59,939 nucleotides of DNA from Nemertoderma westbladi (GCA_032718475.1 JAUCBJ010006993.1:1-59939), one strand, 5' to 3'. Shown: positions 33,950 to 47,872, counted from the stretch's first letter. Program-made: numbers and translations. The notes: generated from the sequence alone by a model not told the origin.

Positions 33950-34624
33950 CTAGCCAACCATTGTACGTTTTCTTCCCCTATGTCTCACATCATTGAGTCT
34001 CTTCATTATCTGTTTACCTTTATTGCATTCAACCTGGTAGGCATCGAGTATTAGTTGTACGAGATCGCCAGACCCGGGATGACTACTGGTGAAGCCGCGT
34101 TCTAGAACATATAAATCCACCGCGAAGTCCTCCACACTTTCAGTACCCTGACTCAGGCCGAAATCCACCAACACAAACTCTTTATCTGCCTCCGAAGATG
34201 TTCTCAGCATCATATTGGAGGTTGTTAAATCGCCATGGATTAGTTTGTGGTTATGCAGATTAGCTACAACTCTCCCTATGTTCCTCATAACTTCTTGAAC
34301 CTCAACTAAATTATGTTTGTCGTTGTCATTCAGGTAATCCTTAACTGTTTTAGCGTTTTCTATAAATTCCATGTATATTTTGTGGTTTCTGTTATCGACG
34401 TGGTACAGATTTGGCGCGGCTATTCCGATTTCTTTACATTTCCGCAACGCTTTAACCTCCTGGTTGGTTCGTCTCTTGGTTAACCGTTTGTCCAGCAACG
34501 GGTGTCGGTATTTCTTGGAGAATCTTTCTTTGATTACAGCGGGATTTCCACGGAAACAACACCTGTAAACCCGAGCCTCGGCGCCTTGTTTGAGTAGAAT
34601 GACGTCAGAGGTATCGCTGTCCAT
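33950..34624 (-). CDS. TP53RK: EKC/KEOPS complex kinase TP53RK (PRPK/Bud32), single ORF
   Basis: KQGAEARVY, KERFSKKYRHPLLD, HGDLTTSN, DFGL, VDLYVLER and C-terminal RGRKRTMVG. First ATG is at 34624. Confidence 0.96.
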   Translation of the reverse strand: MDSDTSDVILLKQGAEARVYRCCFRGNPAVIKERFSKKYRHPLLDKRLTKRRTNQEVKALRKCKEIGIAAPNLYHVDNRNHKIYMEFIENAKTVKDYLNDNDKHNLVEVQEVMRNIGRVVANLHNHKLIHGDLTTSNMMLRTSSEADKEFVLVDFGLSQGTESVEDFAVDLYVLERGFTSSHPGSGDLVQLILDAYQVECNKGKQIMKRLNDVRHRGRKRTMVG

Positions 34625-35241
34625 AGCAACAGAGGTAGTAACGAAATAATAGCTAATAATAGATGCCACGAGAATTAATTATATAAACCAGCCGAAATAA
34701 TATAAAATTAATTAATCCTACAATTAATCAATAAAAGTAACGGTACGCAACATTTTACGCAACAAATAAATTATTTTATTCTTAAATTGTTACTTTTTTA
34801 CTCGAATTTACCCCAAAATCGGAAGAAAAAGGGACACTTTTTCAGAAAGGGAAATAAAACAAAAAAGACAATAAAATATTTTTGATGGAATTTCTTAAAT
34901 GTTATCACATATGTTGAAAGAGCATCGAAGTAGAAAAGGTTTCCTTTCCATTTACGCACTCAAAAGTTATTCCAACTTTAGTGTGGCAAACTCCTAAACG
35001 GAACTCAATATCCAATATTGGCTTTATGTAGTTAAGCGGCTCTCTAGTTACGTAATAAATATTCGAGAACACTAAATTATTTTAACATTGAGTAAGGAAG
35101 CATCAGGAGTTGAAGAGTTCAGTAAATGGAATCGCAGTAACTATGTAAGCAATATAGTAAAATACTGCAGTTCAATATATTTTGTAACACAATTTCGTTC
35201 TATCGTTTATTAAAGAATTGAGAAACAAAAAAGTAGTCAAT

Positions 35242-36068
35242 TAGTGTGGCCTGGGGCCCCATTTTTGGAAAATTTATGGCATAATATGTTGTTAATTTGA
35301 ATGTATAATATCAAGGAGACTTGTTCTAGTCTAGAACATTGTAAATACAAAAAAATACAAAAATATGTTAAATATATATGAAATAAATAAATATATAATA
35401 TATATAATATATATTTGTATTTAATTATTATTATTATTATTTTTTATTATTTATATTTTTTTATTATTTATATACACCATGAACCGTATAGTGTCGTTTT
35501 CTGATGACACGAAATTCAGATAATGTTACATATTTGGAATCCTTGCAACGCAAGCTTTCTAATGATTTGAAAAATTACGACTAAAGTGAAGAATGGCAAC
35601 GACACGGAGGGTACGATTTCGCAAAAAGACTCATTTTTATAACGCTCATTAAATAAATTTAAAGGTGAAATCGAAAATTCCGGCTTGATGGTAACAACCA
35701 CGGTGAGTTGAACTAGTTGTGTTTCAAATTTCAGACAATATGATAAAGATTTGAAGAACAATTTGGGGGGGGGGGGGGGGGGGGTCCGTGTCATCGGAAA
35801 ACGACACTATATTACGGGTCATGGTGTATATATAAATAATAAAAAAATATAAATAATAAAAAATAATAATAATTAAATATAAATAATATATATATTTTTG
35901 TATATATATTATATATTTATTTATTTCATATATATTTAACATGTTTTTGTATTTTTTTGTATTTACAATGTTCTAGACTAGAACAAGTCTCCTTGATATT
36001 ATACATTCAAATTAACAACAAAATATGATGCCATAAATTTTCCAAAAATGGGGCCCCAGGCCACACTA
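35242..36068. mobile_element. MITE-like element with about 270-bp inverted arms
   Basis: TAGTGTGGCCTGGGGCCCC...GGGGCCCCAGGCCACACTA, with arms at about 35242-35511 and 35787-36068. The terminal TA may be the TSD; superfamily unresolved. Confidence 0.8.
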
Positions 36069-36572
36069 ACGCCCAGTTACGTTGGATTCCATTAACCGCT
36101 ATGGATTAACCCACCTAAATAATATTCAGCAAGTAAGTTAGGAAATCTAAGTTATTAGTTAGATAAGTAATGACATATATAATTTATGTAAAGTTAATAT
36201 GGCTCAGTCCTAGCGTTTATATACCCACGACAGGATACAGCCAAATATATATATAACAGATTTAAAGAATTTCAATTTGTTAATACCAAGGAAAACAATC
36301 CATTGTATAACTATACATCTCAGAACGTTTGATTGCATAACCATTGATTGATTACATTTAGTTCAGTATAAATTGTTCGAATATCACATTAACATTGAGC
36401 AGAGATTACAGGATATTACCAATGTTCTTATAAATATTAGAATACAATAAATAATTAGGGACCAAATAACCCCCAAGGCTAAATGAACCTAAGTTTGGGG
36501 CTGTAAATGACAATTAAAACTTGAAATGGAAACTTAAGTTCAATAAAAAAACAGAATACAGTTACAGTAACA

Positions 36573-38027
36573 TCAAGAATTCGATTTCGTTAATATCAAT
36601 AATTTCGGGGTGTTTGTGACTTGGAAGTATGGGAAAGAGGGACCAAGTTGGAAGTGGTTGAACCCATTGATCGTAGCAATGATCTTGGGGAACATAGTCG
36701 AGTAAAGTCTACCAACATCAGGTTCGATAATAACGTGAGAGAAATCGTTTAGTCTGGAATCGGTGGCGCTTAAATCCTCCTTGTTGTAGGTTACATTGGG
36801 GTTGAGTTCCCAGAATCTGGAGACACCAGTCTGGGCAGCGAGATTGCAGACATTCACGGACACATTGTCACTACGGGTTACTGGGCCGAGTGACAAATGA
36901 AAGACTCGCATTGCGTCACCACCGACGTAATTCAGAGATGAGACGTACAACAAGACTGATGTCATCAATAAGTTAGCTATTAAACCGCTTATAACACCTG
37001 AATATGCGAGTTTGTGGTAAATAGACTTCCTATAAGTCGAAACTATATACTGACACATTCGCGCCCCGACCAAATCGAACAGAGGGATAGTATAGATAAT
37101 AAATCTGAGTTCTTTGTGAGGGAGGAAGGATAACAGACAGATAAATATCCACGGAGGAATTATTAAATATTTCATTTTGGGATCGACGTAATAGGCAAAC
37201 GGTATTAGCAGGATAGCCACACCCAGAGAGCGAGGGAGAGCTGAGTAAAAGTACCATAGAAAAGGGAGGGAACCCCAATCGGAGCTGCGGTTAAGGAAGG
37301 TGTTAAAGTAGAAAACCTCAAACTCCGGCCATAGCAACCTGTTCCAGAATATACTGTCTATGCAGATAGTCATTAGGATACTGGAAACACCAGCTGGGAT
37401 AATAGTAAGGAGATGATAGAAAGAGACAACTCCCTTTAGGGAACTAGTTAGAAGAAGAATACCGAAGAATATGCAAAGTTCCGAGCGGAAAATTACGATG
37501 GCCCAGCCTGCTGTGTAGATAAACGGTTTGATATCGTTGACGAGCCAATGACTGAGGGAGTAAAGGGTTAGAACTAAGGCGAATGTGTTTGGAAGAGGTC
37601 GGCTAGCGTAGAAAGCGAAATGGAACTGAGTAGAAAGTAGAATGATGAGGTATTTACCTACTGTGTTACCGTATTGGCGAGACACCGCCTCCCTAAACCT
37701 CTTAAGACTAACCCAAACAGCCAGACTTAGTATAGCTCGAACTACAAACTGCATGTATATTTTAGGTAATTCGAGGTACCTCACTGCGTTAGCGACTGGT
37801 GTAGCGAATACAGACAGAGCTAACGGACCAATGAAGGTTCGAGGAACCACCCCGGGATAGAGTTTGTGGTCGTATTGATGGATATCCCGTCCGTGGTACA
37901 GGATATCGTGACTCGCCTGCAGTTGGAAGCTTTCCTCTACTTTGCAATACGGAGCTGCTATAAGATGTACCGTTATCGCAGTGATGATTACAATGTCGAA
38001 TCGATCAATTATTGTTATTCGAAACAT
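36573..38027 (-). CDS. ALG12: Dol-P-Man alpha-1,6-mannosyltransferase ALG12 (GT22), single ORF
   Basis: PYCKVEESFQLQASHDILYH, YDH..YPGVVPRTFIG, FYASRPLPNTFAL, LPHKELRFI and many hydrophobic segments. First ATG is at 38027. Confidence 0.94.
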   Translation of the reverse strand: MFRITIIDRFDIVIITAITVHLIAAPYCKVEESFQLQASHDILYHGRDIHQYDHKLYPGVVPRTFIGPLALSVFATPVANAVRYLELPKIYMQFVVRAILSLAVWVSLKRFREAVSRQYGNTVGKYLIILLSTQFHFAFYASRPLPNTFALVLTLYSLSHWLVNDIKPFIYTAGWAIVIFRSELCIFFGILLLTSSLKGVVSFYHLLTIIPAGVSSILMTICIDSIFWNRLLWPEFEVFYFNTFLNRSSDWGSLPFLWYFYSALPRSLGVAILLIPFAYYVDPKMKYLIIPPWIFICLLSFLPHKELRFIIYTIPLFDLVGARMCQYIVSTYRKSIYHKLAYSGVISGLIANLLMTSVLLYVSSLNYVGGDAMRVFHLSLGPVTRSDNVSVNVCNLAAQTGVSRFWELNPNVTYNKEDLSATDSRLNDFSHVIIEPDVGRLYSTMFPKIIATINGFNHFQLGPSFPYFQVTNTPKLLILTKSNS

Positions 38028-38325
38028 TGTCAAATTGCAGATTGCAGGATTGTTGTAACCGTTGGATTGTAGGATGCATTACAGCATTATCAGATTACAG
38101 GAATATCATAACAGCATAAGCCAATCAGCCTATAGCTGTATAGGCCTACCGCTACCGGTAATCATCAGATCATTAGGCTAATAAAGTACCCTGGCAGCCT
38201 GGTATGTTGTAAGTACATAGGCCTACAGTATGTCTAAATAAGAAAAGGGAGTTATTTTGCGGTACCGCGTACCGGTACCTATTTTTTTTAGTAATTTCAC
38301 CTATATTTTTTTGAAATTACTTTTT

Positions 38326-39996
38326 GGGTATAACTTTTGCGTAGAGGTATAGCCTACATAGAGGCTACATGTAGGTATGTGTAGCCTACATGTAGATGCA
38401 CGTGTAGGGTGAATGTAGGTAGGTGTAGGTAGGTCTTTAAAAACAACAATGATGAATGAATAGGCCTACACGGGGTGCCCGGACCCGAACTTCCTCGATG
38501 AGATGCGAATGCGGCGAACGGGGGTGGTAGCCTACCCGGAACAACCACGAAGAGATGCGCATATGGCGGGCGGTGGTACCCGAAACAACCAGGAGGAGAT
38601 GCGAATACGTCGAATGGGGGTCCCCTGAATACCCACGAGACGGAGCCTATCAATTCTACAGTACTGACAAAGGAAAAAACGACTGAACGATATACCGATA
38701 CATACTGTAGATCTTATGATCCTGCGGGTTCAGGCATGGAGGCTAATGACTTTGTATGGGCCGAACGGCCCGAACCTGATGTTTCCAGTCAAGGAGGAAT
38801 CGACTAACGGTTAGGGTTAGAGCTCGTCGTCAGTGTCCATGAGGGTCTGAGGATGAGTGGGTAATTCAACAAAACGCTAACAATGATACCGGACTGATTG
38901 ATTGAACCAGAGTGGCGATGGTAGTCGCTGATGTATATATATTATATATATCATGTATTGATTGTTATAGTAGATATTTTTTTATAGTATTTGTTTATTA
39001 TATTGTCTTCAATGTCTATATTGATAATATTGTGTGCTGTGCTGATTTTACTTATTTTTCATTTTATAAATCTTGCTGTGGCCGTTTTATTTTAATCTAC
39101 TAAACTGCCGTATCAATTTCATGATATTTTAATGGATATGCAATTTAACTTCTTCTTTCTATTAACTTTCAATGCAATCAAATATAACTGTAAAGCTATT
39201 GACTTTCGTGTTATTGTTTTGCTGTTACATTCGAGATGGGATTTGAATCCCATCGGATTACTGATTAATTCCCATCATCGAGATGGGAATACTTTATAAT
39301 GAAACAGTGTGGTGGTCCGCGGGATAGTGGGAAGGGATGGGACTGTTGCTGGTTGGTGGAATGTGACTGCCTGAAAAATTAAAACAAACAAAACTTCCAG
39401 ACTTCTATATTTTTACTTTCAAAACAAAACGTCCAAAACATTTCAATGCTGAAGTACTGTTCAAGTCCCATGGATGTATGGTTGATAAACAGATAAAGAG
39501 GGGCAGATGGGGGTCAGGGTTTCTGGTAGACTATAGTCCCCGCGATGATGGCTGTTCTTGTTTAGGTTACTCTTACTTAATAAACATATAAATCAGAACG
39601 AGTTAATCTAATGGAACGATGCCTTTCGTGGCGTTAGCATACTCAAATTTATTAGGGCATAATATTTATGACGAGTAAGGGACTTTAGTATAATCAGAAC
39701 GCGATGTTTGATATTTATACAGTACTGCTGTATGCAGTAAAACCTGTTGTCTGACAGCAGACAGGTCTGCAGGTTGATGTACCGTATTGTACCGTGGAGA
39801 TCAGAGATTATTGCCATACATCCTGATTGACGACCGTGTATCACGTTACTGCAAGTTGACATAAATTACATTAATATCTATCAGTCTATGGGACTACACC
39901 TACCTACATTGACCCTACACGTGCATCTACATGTAGGCTACACATACCTACATGAAGCCTCTATGTAGGCTATACCTCTACGCAAAAGATGTACCC
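38326..39996. mobile_element. Non-autonomous Mutator-like (MULE) element
   Basis: TIRs of about 105 bp starting GGGTA and a 9-bp TSD TTACTTTTT (38317-38325 and 39997-40005). Confidence 0.88.
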
Positions 39997-40348
39997 TTAC
40001 TTTTTACTTAAATTGCTCTTTTTTACCTATAAATATTATGACATACCGGTACAGTACAGATTGTCAGTATGTCAACTGGAGACAGATCGAGAAAACATTA
40101 ATGGCAGTGATTTTTTATGTCCTTTTATTTGACTTTTTTGTCCTCCTTTTTTTACGAATTGTGCATAATGACTTTTGTTGTCCTTTTAATGACTTTTGTT
40201 GTCCTTTTAATAACTTTTTACGTATGTATTTCTTCAAACTGTCAGACTGCTGATTTCTGGACTGTCAGACAGTTGATTTCAACATGCCTATGCCAAAACA
40301 TTCAAAATTTGTTGATTTCTGGTCTGTCCAACAGTTGGTTTCACTATG

Positions 40349-43300
40349 TAGTGGGGTCGCTTAAGGTGAAAATCGTTAATTGCCGGACAAAAGCATGAAA
40401 ATGTGACTATATATGTAAAAAAATGTGTAGATTAATCTGAGCCTGTGTACCAAAAAAATTGACTACTTCCCTAGCAACAGGGTGACTTTTTCATAGCAAC
40501 CGGGTAAAATTGGTCATTTCTGTTATTGAAACTCACCATATACAAAAATTACAATTATATAACTGGGTTAGTTTATAATATAAGTCTGTACACGTTTCCA
40601 TAGCAACAAGGAGACCTTTACCTAGCAACCGCTGTATATTTAATGAAATTATGATTGAAACTTGGGATAATCAACCTGGCTAGCAATAGAAGATTGTTAG
40701 TAATAACATTGGCGCTGATACACATGTCCATAGCAACAAGGTGACCTTTCCCTAGGAACTGCCTGAAATTTAGTGTAAATCACATCAATATTGTCAAATG
40801 CTCCAGTTGTAAATAATCCATTACGTAAATTGATAGGGCAAAACAATATCATAAATTTGTGCTCGTTCAGCAAGGGTACATGCAATAGAGTTTTCTATTT
40901 GCAATATCCGATCATATGATAAACATATCCCAAGTGAATGTATTTGGTCTATCAATACTTTGCTCCGGGTGGTGCTATGAATTTGTAATCCAATATATTG
41001 GGGTAATGCTGGTTTCCTCTTTGTACAATGCCGAACATGGAGACCTCCAACTGACTGTGTCCTAGATTGTTTATAAAGAAGTTGGAGGTAACGAGGAGAT
41101 CCATATATTTGGCATGAATCGGAAAAGGTGCCAGAAAATGATGGAACTTCATGTTGCAATAAATGATATCGACATAGATTTGCAGCTTTTGACAATATGG
41201 ATAGATCAGCATCAAAATCACTACTGCAAATGCCGCCATGGTCATTTCTTTCATCGATTCTGGAAACACCAAAATTACATTTTTCCCATCAGAAACAAAC
41301 TGAACATTATATTGTTTGAAATGTTGAATAATGTCATCCGTTAGGTGAGTTTTATTCACTGAGACATAGTATCCCAGTTCTTCTAATCGATCTGACAATA
41401 TTTTATGTAGCTCTGCTAGCTTAAACACACTTGTTCCACTCCCCACTGACTCTTCAATATGATTAACAAGATCATTGAATGCTCTAGATCGTGTTATTAT
41501 TGATTCCTCAACAATTATTGATTTGCCTTTGTTTGTCCTGTCGCGAAGAAATGATCTATGCATATTTCTGTATTTTGTAAGGATTTCTATATGATATTTT
41601 GCACCACTCGCTACAAAGTCGCCACCACCCTTACGTAACATTTGAAAATCATTCGTATCATTTGCCATGTTTGTCAAATTTTGCTGTGCATTTAGCGTGG
41701 AATAGTCATGTAAGTCGCCAGAGTCACAAAAGATACAAGCTTTATTATTATGTAACTGGGTTCTTTTCTGCCGCTTAACATCATCATATATATTATTATC
41801 GTTTGAACTCGCTATACTTCGTGAAGGACGCTGCAAGGTGTCCTTGAATGGTGCCACTTGGCAACATTTCTGAGCAGATAAAATGCCTTGGTTTCTGCAC
41901 TGAAACTTAATTCGATTGGTAACATTCCAATGTCTCTAAATTGATTGACATTGTCAAGAAAACGCTCATATGTTCCGATGATTTCTTCAGAAGCTGGTGT
42001 ATTGCATGGGTTATTAAGTTTTTTCTGCGGAAGTTTTCTGACATATAATTCATGTACTAAAGTCTAGAAGGGTCTCCATTGATTTACAAACTCGAGGTTT
42101 TAGGTTCAACTACTAGTAAACTATTCTCACAAAATTTATAGTATCATGTTTGTAGGTAAATGATAATGAATGTTAAGACAAGACATTGATTGGTAGTAGT
42201 GTAGCCCGTTTCAATATTATTCTGCTATTTTTAAAAGCTGTTTTAAAGCTAATACCTTTTGGAGGTATTACGTGACCTTTTTTGAAATTATAAAAATTTT
42301 TATGTTATTTTATAGATTATTATAATAATAGGCTATATAACAATAATTTTATAGCTATAATGAAAAACAGACTAGCGACAATCGAAAACATTAGCTACCA
42401 CAAAAATTAAACGTGTAATGAGTTCACACTATGTTCCAGAACAACAGAATAAATTTGTACAGGGTAATTATTTCCCATTAATAAATAGGAACTACATACT
42501 TCGCCCTCTCGACACCCCCTGCGATTTTTTCAGCAGTCCTTTTTAGAGTTTTTTAATGCTTTTTTGGTATTGGTGAAAAAAGAATTTCTAGAACATTTAG
42601 TAGATATAAATATTGATGATATTATAACAGTTTATAGTTTATATTAAACATCGTTTGAGATTATTTGAACATCGGTACAGTTTTCTGAGTCTACATTCAG
42701 CAAAGTGTCGCTGGAAAGAATAATAAAATAAAACCCATAAAAAATATAGGCTTGTTTACCAACCAATCACACCTATAAATAACGTAACATTAAAAAAATC
42801 AGTTTTAAACATCTTAAATACTTACTATTACTAGCTACTACTGTAGTAAAAAACCCACTACCTTAAAAAAAAAAACGCTAGCTAATTAATAATGTTAACA
42901 AATTTTTTTTTTTATTTTCAAAAAATGCTAGCTAGTAAAAAAACGCTAGCTGCTATTAAAAAAATATCTACTTAAGGTTCTAGAACATTCACCATTATCA
43001 AAAAAAACTTTGAAAAACACAAAAAAATTCATGGTTAAAAAAATTGACAAAGGCTGTCGACAGGGCGAAGTAGTGCCAATAAATATATACAAACCAAAAC
43101 AAAAGTTACATAATGTTAATTTCGAGGGAATAAGCAATAACCAGCTCACTAGTACCATGATGTACTATTCTGTATCATAATTATAATTCTAGAATCGCAA
43201 AATGACTGTGACTATTATATTACACTCTGATTATTGACCATTTTTCTACACGAATAAAATACAAGAACAGCTACCGGTAGTATTGGTATTATATTTATCT

Positions 43301-44355
43301 ATGTTTGTTTTCATTATATGCGAAACATTCTAGAACGATTTAAGTTATTGCCAAGGATATCTTGTTCCTCTGGCCTCCTTTCAGAGCATGAAGATGTTCT
43401 AAAACCGTATTACATCTGGGCCTGGCAAGTGAAATAGTGAAAAAATTGTTGAAGTTGGAAGTACAGTAGTTCTTACAGATTTTTTAGAGAAATATATCCA
43501 TATTGTATTATTATATTATTATTATTATGGGGTCAGCTCCGCCCGTGGCTACATTTTTGGATTTTTAACTGTACTTTTACACTGTAGTTTTATAAACACA
43601 CATTATTCCCATAAAGTTAAATATTTTTATGGAAACGTGTATCAATCAACTCTAATATAACTACTAATAATCTTATATTCGCCCATGCCGCACGTGAAGA
43701 ATACCAGGATTTCCGCCCATGTGAAGAATACCAGGATTTCACTTTTCGGTCGACTTTTTATTGGAATTTTATATATGAAGATTTTTTATTTTATTTTTTT
43801 AAATTTATCTTTTTTAAGTGTTTTATAGCGCTTATTTCTGTCTTATAACCTTTACATATACTAATTCGTTTATTGTTTTGGTTAGATTCAGCCCTTCAAC
43901 ATGATCCCAAGTTTCAATCATAATTGCAGGCAGTTGCTAGGGAAAGGTCACCTTGTTGCTAAGGAAACGTGTATCAGCGCCGATGTCACTAATAACCATC
44001 TTCTATTGCTAGCCAGGTTATTTATCCCAAGTTTCAATCATAATTACATTAAATATACAACGGTTGCTAGGGAAAGGTCACCTTGTTGCTATGGGAACGT
44101 GTACTCGACTTCTATTTTTAAACCAACCCAGTAATATAATCGTAATTTTTCTATATGGCGAGTTTCAATAACAGATACGACCAAAAGTATCCGGTTGCTA
44201 TGAAAAAGTCACCCTGTTGCTAGGAAAGTAGTCAATTTTTTTGGTACACAGGCTCAGATTAATCTACACATTTTTTTACATATATAGTCACATTTTCATG
44301 CTTTTGTCCGGCAATTAACGATTTTGCTATATTTCAGCCTTAAGCGACCCCACTA
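40349..44355 (-). mobile_element. Academ-type DNA transposon, internally deleted
   Basis: Termini TAGTGGGGTCGCTTAAGG / CCTTAAGCGACCCCACTA, TIRs of about 400 bp, and a 3-bp TSD ATG supported by an empty-site paralogue at 47080-47082. Confidence 0.85.
40781..42053 (-). pseudogene. Frameshifted, truncated Academ-like transposase
   Basis: Fragments in several frames: CIFCDSGDL...GDFVASGAKYH, LPQYIGLQIHSTTRSKVLIDQIHSLGICLSYDRI and PINLRNGLFTTGAFDNID, cut off at the TIR. Family assignment is from remembered motifs. Confidence 0.75.
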
Positions 44356-44388
44356 ATGCCTGAGCCAAAACATTCCATGATTCCATGT

Positions 44389-45580
44389 TTGTGTCCCATA
44401 TAGGGTGTTTGTGTCCCAAATAGCGTGTGACTTTCTCAAAATGAGTTTAAATAGTTTCTAAATGTCATGGAATGCTCAAAAGAATATAGAATTCACTACC
44501 ATAGCCTTAATTTCAATTTGTCCCAAATTGGTTGTTTTTGTCCTGTATAGGGTGTTTGTGTCCCGTATAGGGTGTAAATTGCTTATAATGATTTAAAATA
44601 GTTTGTAAATGTAATGGAATACTCAAAAGAATACATAATTCATTATCATAGCTTTAATTTAAATTTGTCCCAAATAAGTTGTTTATGTCCCATATAGGGT
44701 ACGTTTGTGTCCCATATAGGGTGATGGTGTCCCAAATAGCGTGTGACTTTCTCAGAATGATTTTACATAGTTTATAAATATAATGGAATACTAAAAAAAA
44801 TAGAATTCATTATCATAGCTTTAATTTAAATTTGTCCCAAATAAGTTGTTTATTTCCCATATAGGGTGTATGTGTCCCATATAGGGTGATGGTGTCCCAA
44901 ATATCGTGTGACTTTCTCAAAATGATTTTACATAGTTTATAAATATAATAGAATACTCAAAAGAATATAGAATTCATTATCATAGCTTTTAATTTAAATT
45001 TGTCCTAAATAGGTTGTTTGTGTCCCATATAGGGTGTTTGTGTCGCAAATAACGCGTGACTTTCTCAAAATGATTTTAAACCGTTTCTAAATGTAATGGA
45101 ATACTCAAAAGAATATAGAATTCACTACCATAGCTTTAATTTAAATTTGTCCCAAATAGGTTGTTTCTGTCCCATATAGGGTGTTTGTGTCTTGAATGTG
45201 ACGGGATCCCCAAGTTGGCGAGGGAATCCAGACTAGTGTGTTTTCTTTTGGATTGTACGCGTCGCCGCGTCCACTGGCTGCTGAGAGGCTTCCATTACAT
45301 TTAGAAACTATGTAAAATCATTTTGAGAAAGTCACACACTATTTTGGACACAAACACCCTATATGGGACAAAAACACCCTATATGTGACATAAAAAACCT
45401 ATGTGGGACAAATTGGAATTAAAGGTATGATTATGAAGTAGATATTATTTTCAGTATTCCTTTACATTTATAAACTATTTGAAATAATTTTGATAAAGCC
45501 ACAGGCTATTTTGGACTCAATCAACCTATATGGCACACAAACACCCTATATGGGACATTAACAACCTATTTGAGGCAAAT
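44389..45580. repeat. About 180-bp tandem repeat (about 4.5 units, 44389-45190) facing inverted units (about 45290-45580)
   Basis: gtcccatatagggtg...aatggaatactcaaaagaat...tttgtcccaaat recurs; the reverse complement caccctatatgggac appears at about 45355 and 45544. Confidence 0.85.
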
Positions 45581-46959
45581 TTAAGACTTTTTAAGGAATA
45601 TTTGGGATGAAGTTGAGTCTGGGGGAGGAGGGTGCGATATTACTAATTTGATTGTCATTTAATTATTATTATACGAATGTATTTAGATTTATTATAAATC
45701 AATAAATTGCACCACATGAATAAATTGCACAACATGAATAAATTGCACAGCAATAATAAATTGTACAACATGAAATGAAATAATGTGACTATGATGACAC
45801 TATAGCATATAATGCATCACAGTCTTACAGGCCATTTGCAAGGCACCCACAGTATATATTTAACCATAACTAGGGAACATGTAGTCCAAATGCCACTGTA
45901 CATATACCTCAACGAGCTCTTGGCACAAATACGTTGCTTTGTCCAGTGTAGGTTGTTATAATGAGCCCCGGATTCGTACTGTAGTTGACACTTGGATTAT
46001 ATATCAGTGGAATTTCCCATTCACCTTTACATTATATAGCCAATAAGAAGATGCCTAACTTTAGGAATGTTGGTATTGATTGGTCCGATGACGAGGAGTT
46101 GACTCATATGATTATTTGATTGGATGCCCCTACATTGGACAGGTTGGAAATCATTACACAACGTATTTGGGACAGTTAGGAATAATATAAAGCCCCATAG
46201 AAGTGAAGGGAAACACCCTATTCTGGACAATAACGGCGGTTCACGTTCACCAGTTCAAGTGCTCATGGCCGGCGCCCATGGGGTGCAAGTTTGTTCCAAA
46301 AAGTTTGAAAAGGTCCGCAATTTGACGAATATATTTTCAATGTGGATGGACTGATACAAAATTTTGTTTAATTCTACTTAAACCAAAAGAACACACTGTC
46401 ACTTGAATCCGAATCTAATCACATTTCTGTCCATTTACTATTCGTTTTATTCATTCCAGCCAATATTTCGGTAGCAGTAATCAACCATTTCTTCAAGCAA
46501 ATTTAAGTTTAGGTTGTTTTATTGTTTATTTAAAAATATGGTGGCCCTGAGCGGCCAATTTTTGTAATCTTTTTTTAGTTCTCCCGACTTTTGAAACTTG
46601 TTCGAACGACTTTACAAAACTCGGGGAAACAAACTTGATTGGCTGAAGTGGTTTCTATACCAACAAACACAAAATCAAGTTTGTTTCCCCGACTTTTGCA
46701 AACTCTACAAAACTCGGGAAAACAAAAGTTTGTTATTTGTAATCTTGGGACGGTCTGCATCACGTAAATGCGCAAGATAGTGTCAAGACCCAACGTGTAG
46801 AGTAACAGAGTGACAGACTTAAAAATCTTTAGAAATCTTTGTGCTAAAATTAATTAATACTGTGGAGAGGTTACAATGAAAGCAGCGGTCCAGCCAGGTG
46901 AATGCTTCTTAGTTAAAGTGTACAGTTGACTTCGACTGTAGAACTTGACTCCAGCTCCA

Positions 46960-47111
46960 GTATTTCTTCAAACTGTCAGACTGCTAATTTCTGGACTGTC
47001 AGACAGTTGATTTCAACATGCCTAAACCAAAACATTCAAAATTTGTTGATTTCTGGTCTGTCGGACAGTTGGTTTCACTATGTCCGTGCCAAAACATTCC
47101 ATGATTCCATG
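46960..47111. repeat. Short interspersed repeat; intact paralogue of the sequence split by the Academ insertion (40226-40348 plus 44359-44387)
   Basis: Near-identical gtatttcttcaaactgtcagactgct...ggtttcactATG...gccaaaacattccatgattccatg. Confidence 0.9.
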
Positions 47112-47274
47112 ATTTATAGACTATGAGATAGAATTCCATATGCGCCTGTGGTAAAAAGACTCTAAATTTAATAGTTTGTGGTTGTTGTCGATAATCGATT
47201 ACCACATGACGTAGCAAAACACTCATTTTATAGCCAAAAAAAATTTATCATTTATTATCATTTATCATCGATCA

Positions 47275-47725
47275 TTTAACTAATTGAGGGAAAGGGGCAG
47301 GTTACAGAGGCGGGATTTTCTAACCAAAACAATAAACGATCATTTAACTAATTGAGGGAAAGGAGCAGGTTACAGAGACGGGATTTTCTAACCAAAACAA
47401 TAAACGATAACATTACCAATTGAGAGAAAGTAGCAGGTTACAGAGGCGGGATTTTCTAACCAAAACAATAAACAGTCACTTTACCAAATCAGAGAAAGGA
47501 GCAGGTTACAGAGACGGAATTTTCTAACCAAAACAATAAACGATAACATTACCAATTGAGAGAAAGGAGCAGGTTACAGAGGCGGGATTTCCTAACCAAA
47601 ACAATAAACAGTAGTCACTTTACAAAATGAAGGAAAGGAGCAGGTTACAGAGGCGGCCCTTTCTAACCAAAACAATAAACGGTCACTTTACCAAATCAGG
47701 AAAAGGAGCAGGTTACAGAGGCGGT
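47275..47725. repeat. About 68-bp tandem repeat, 6-7 units
   Basis: gaaaggagcaggttacagaggcgggattttctaaccaaaacaataaac recurs. Confidence 0.9.
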
Positions 47726-47872
47726 CAGCCGGTAGGCCTACCAGTACCGTATTTAAATGGTAGGCTACACAGTAGGCCTACAGCAGTACCGGTGCCGGTA
47801 CTAAAATACCTAAAATACCTGCTTTATACCTACATCTGTACATGCAATACTGCAAAATAGTGCTCTATATAA

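Noticed and set aside
45790-46360. Possible coding remnant (ORFs 46027..46230 and 46124..46354)
   Set aside because: No motif I can recognise; the frames are short and interrupted.
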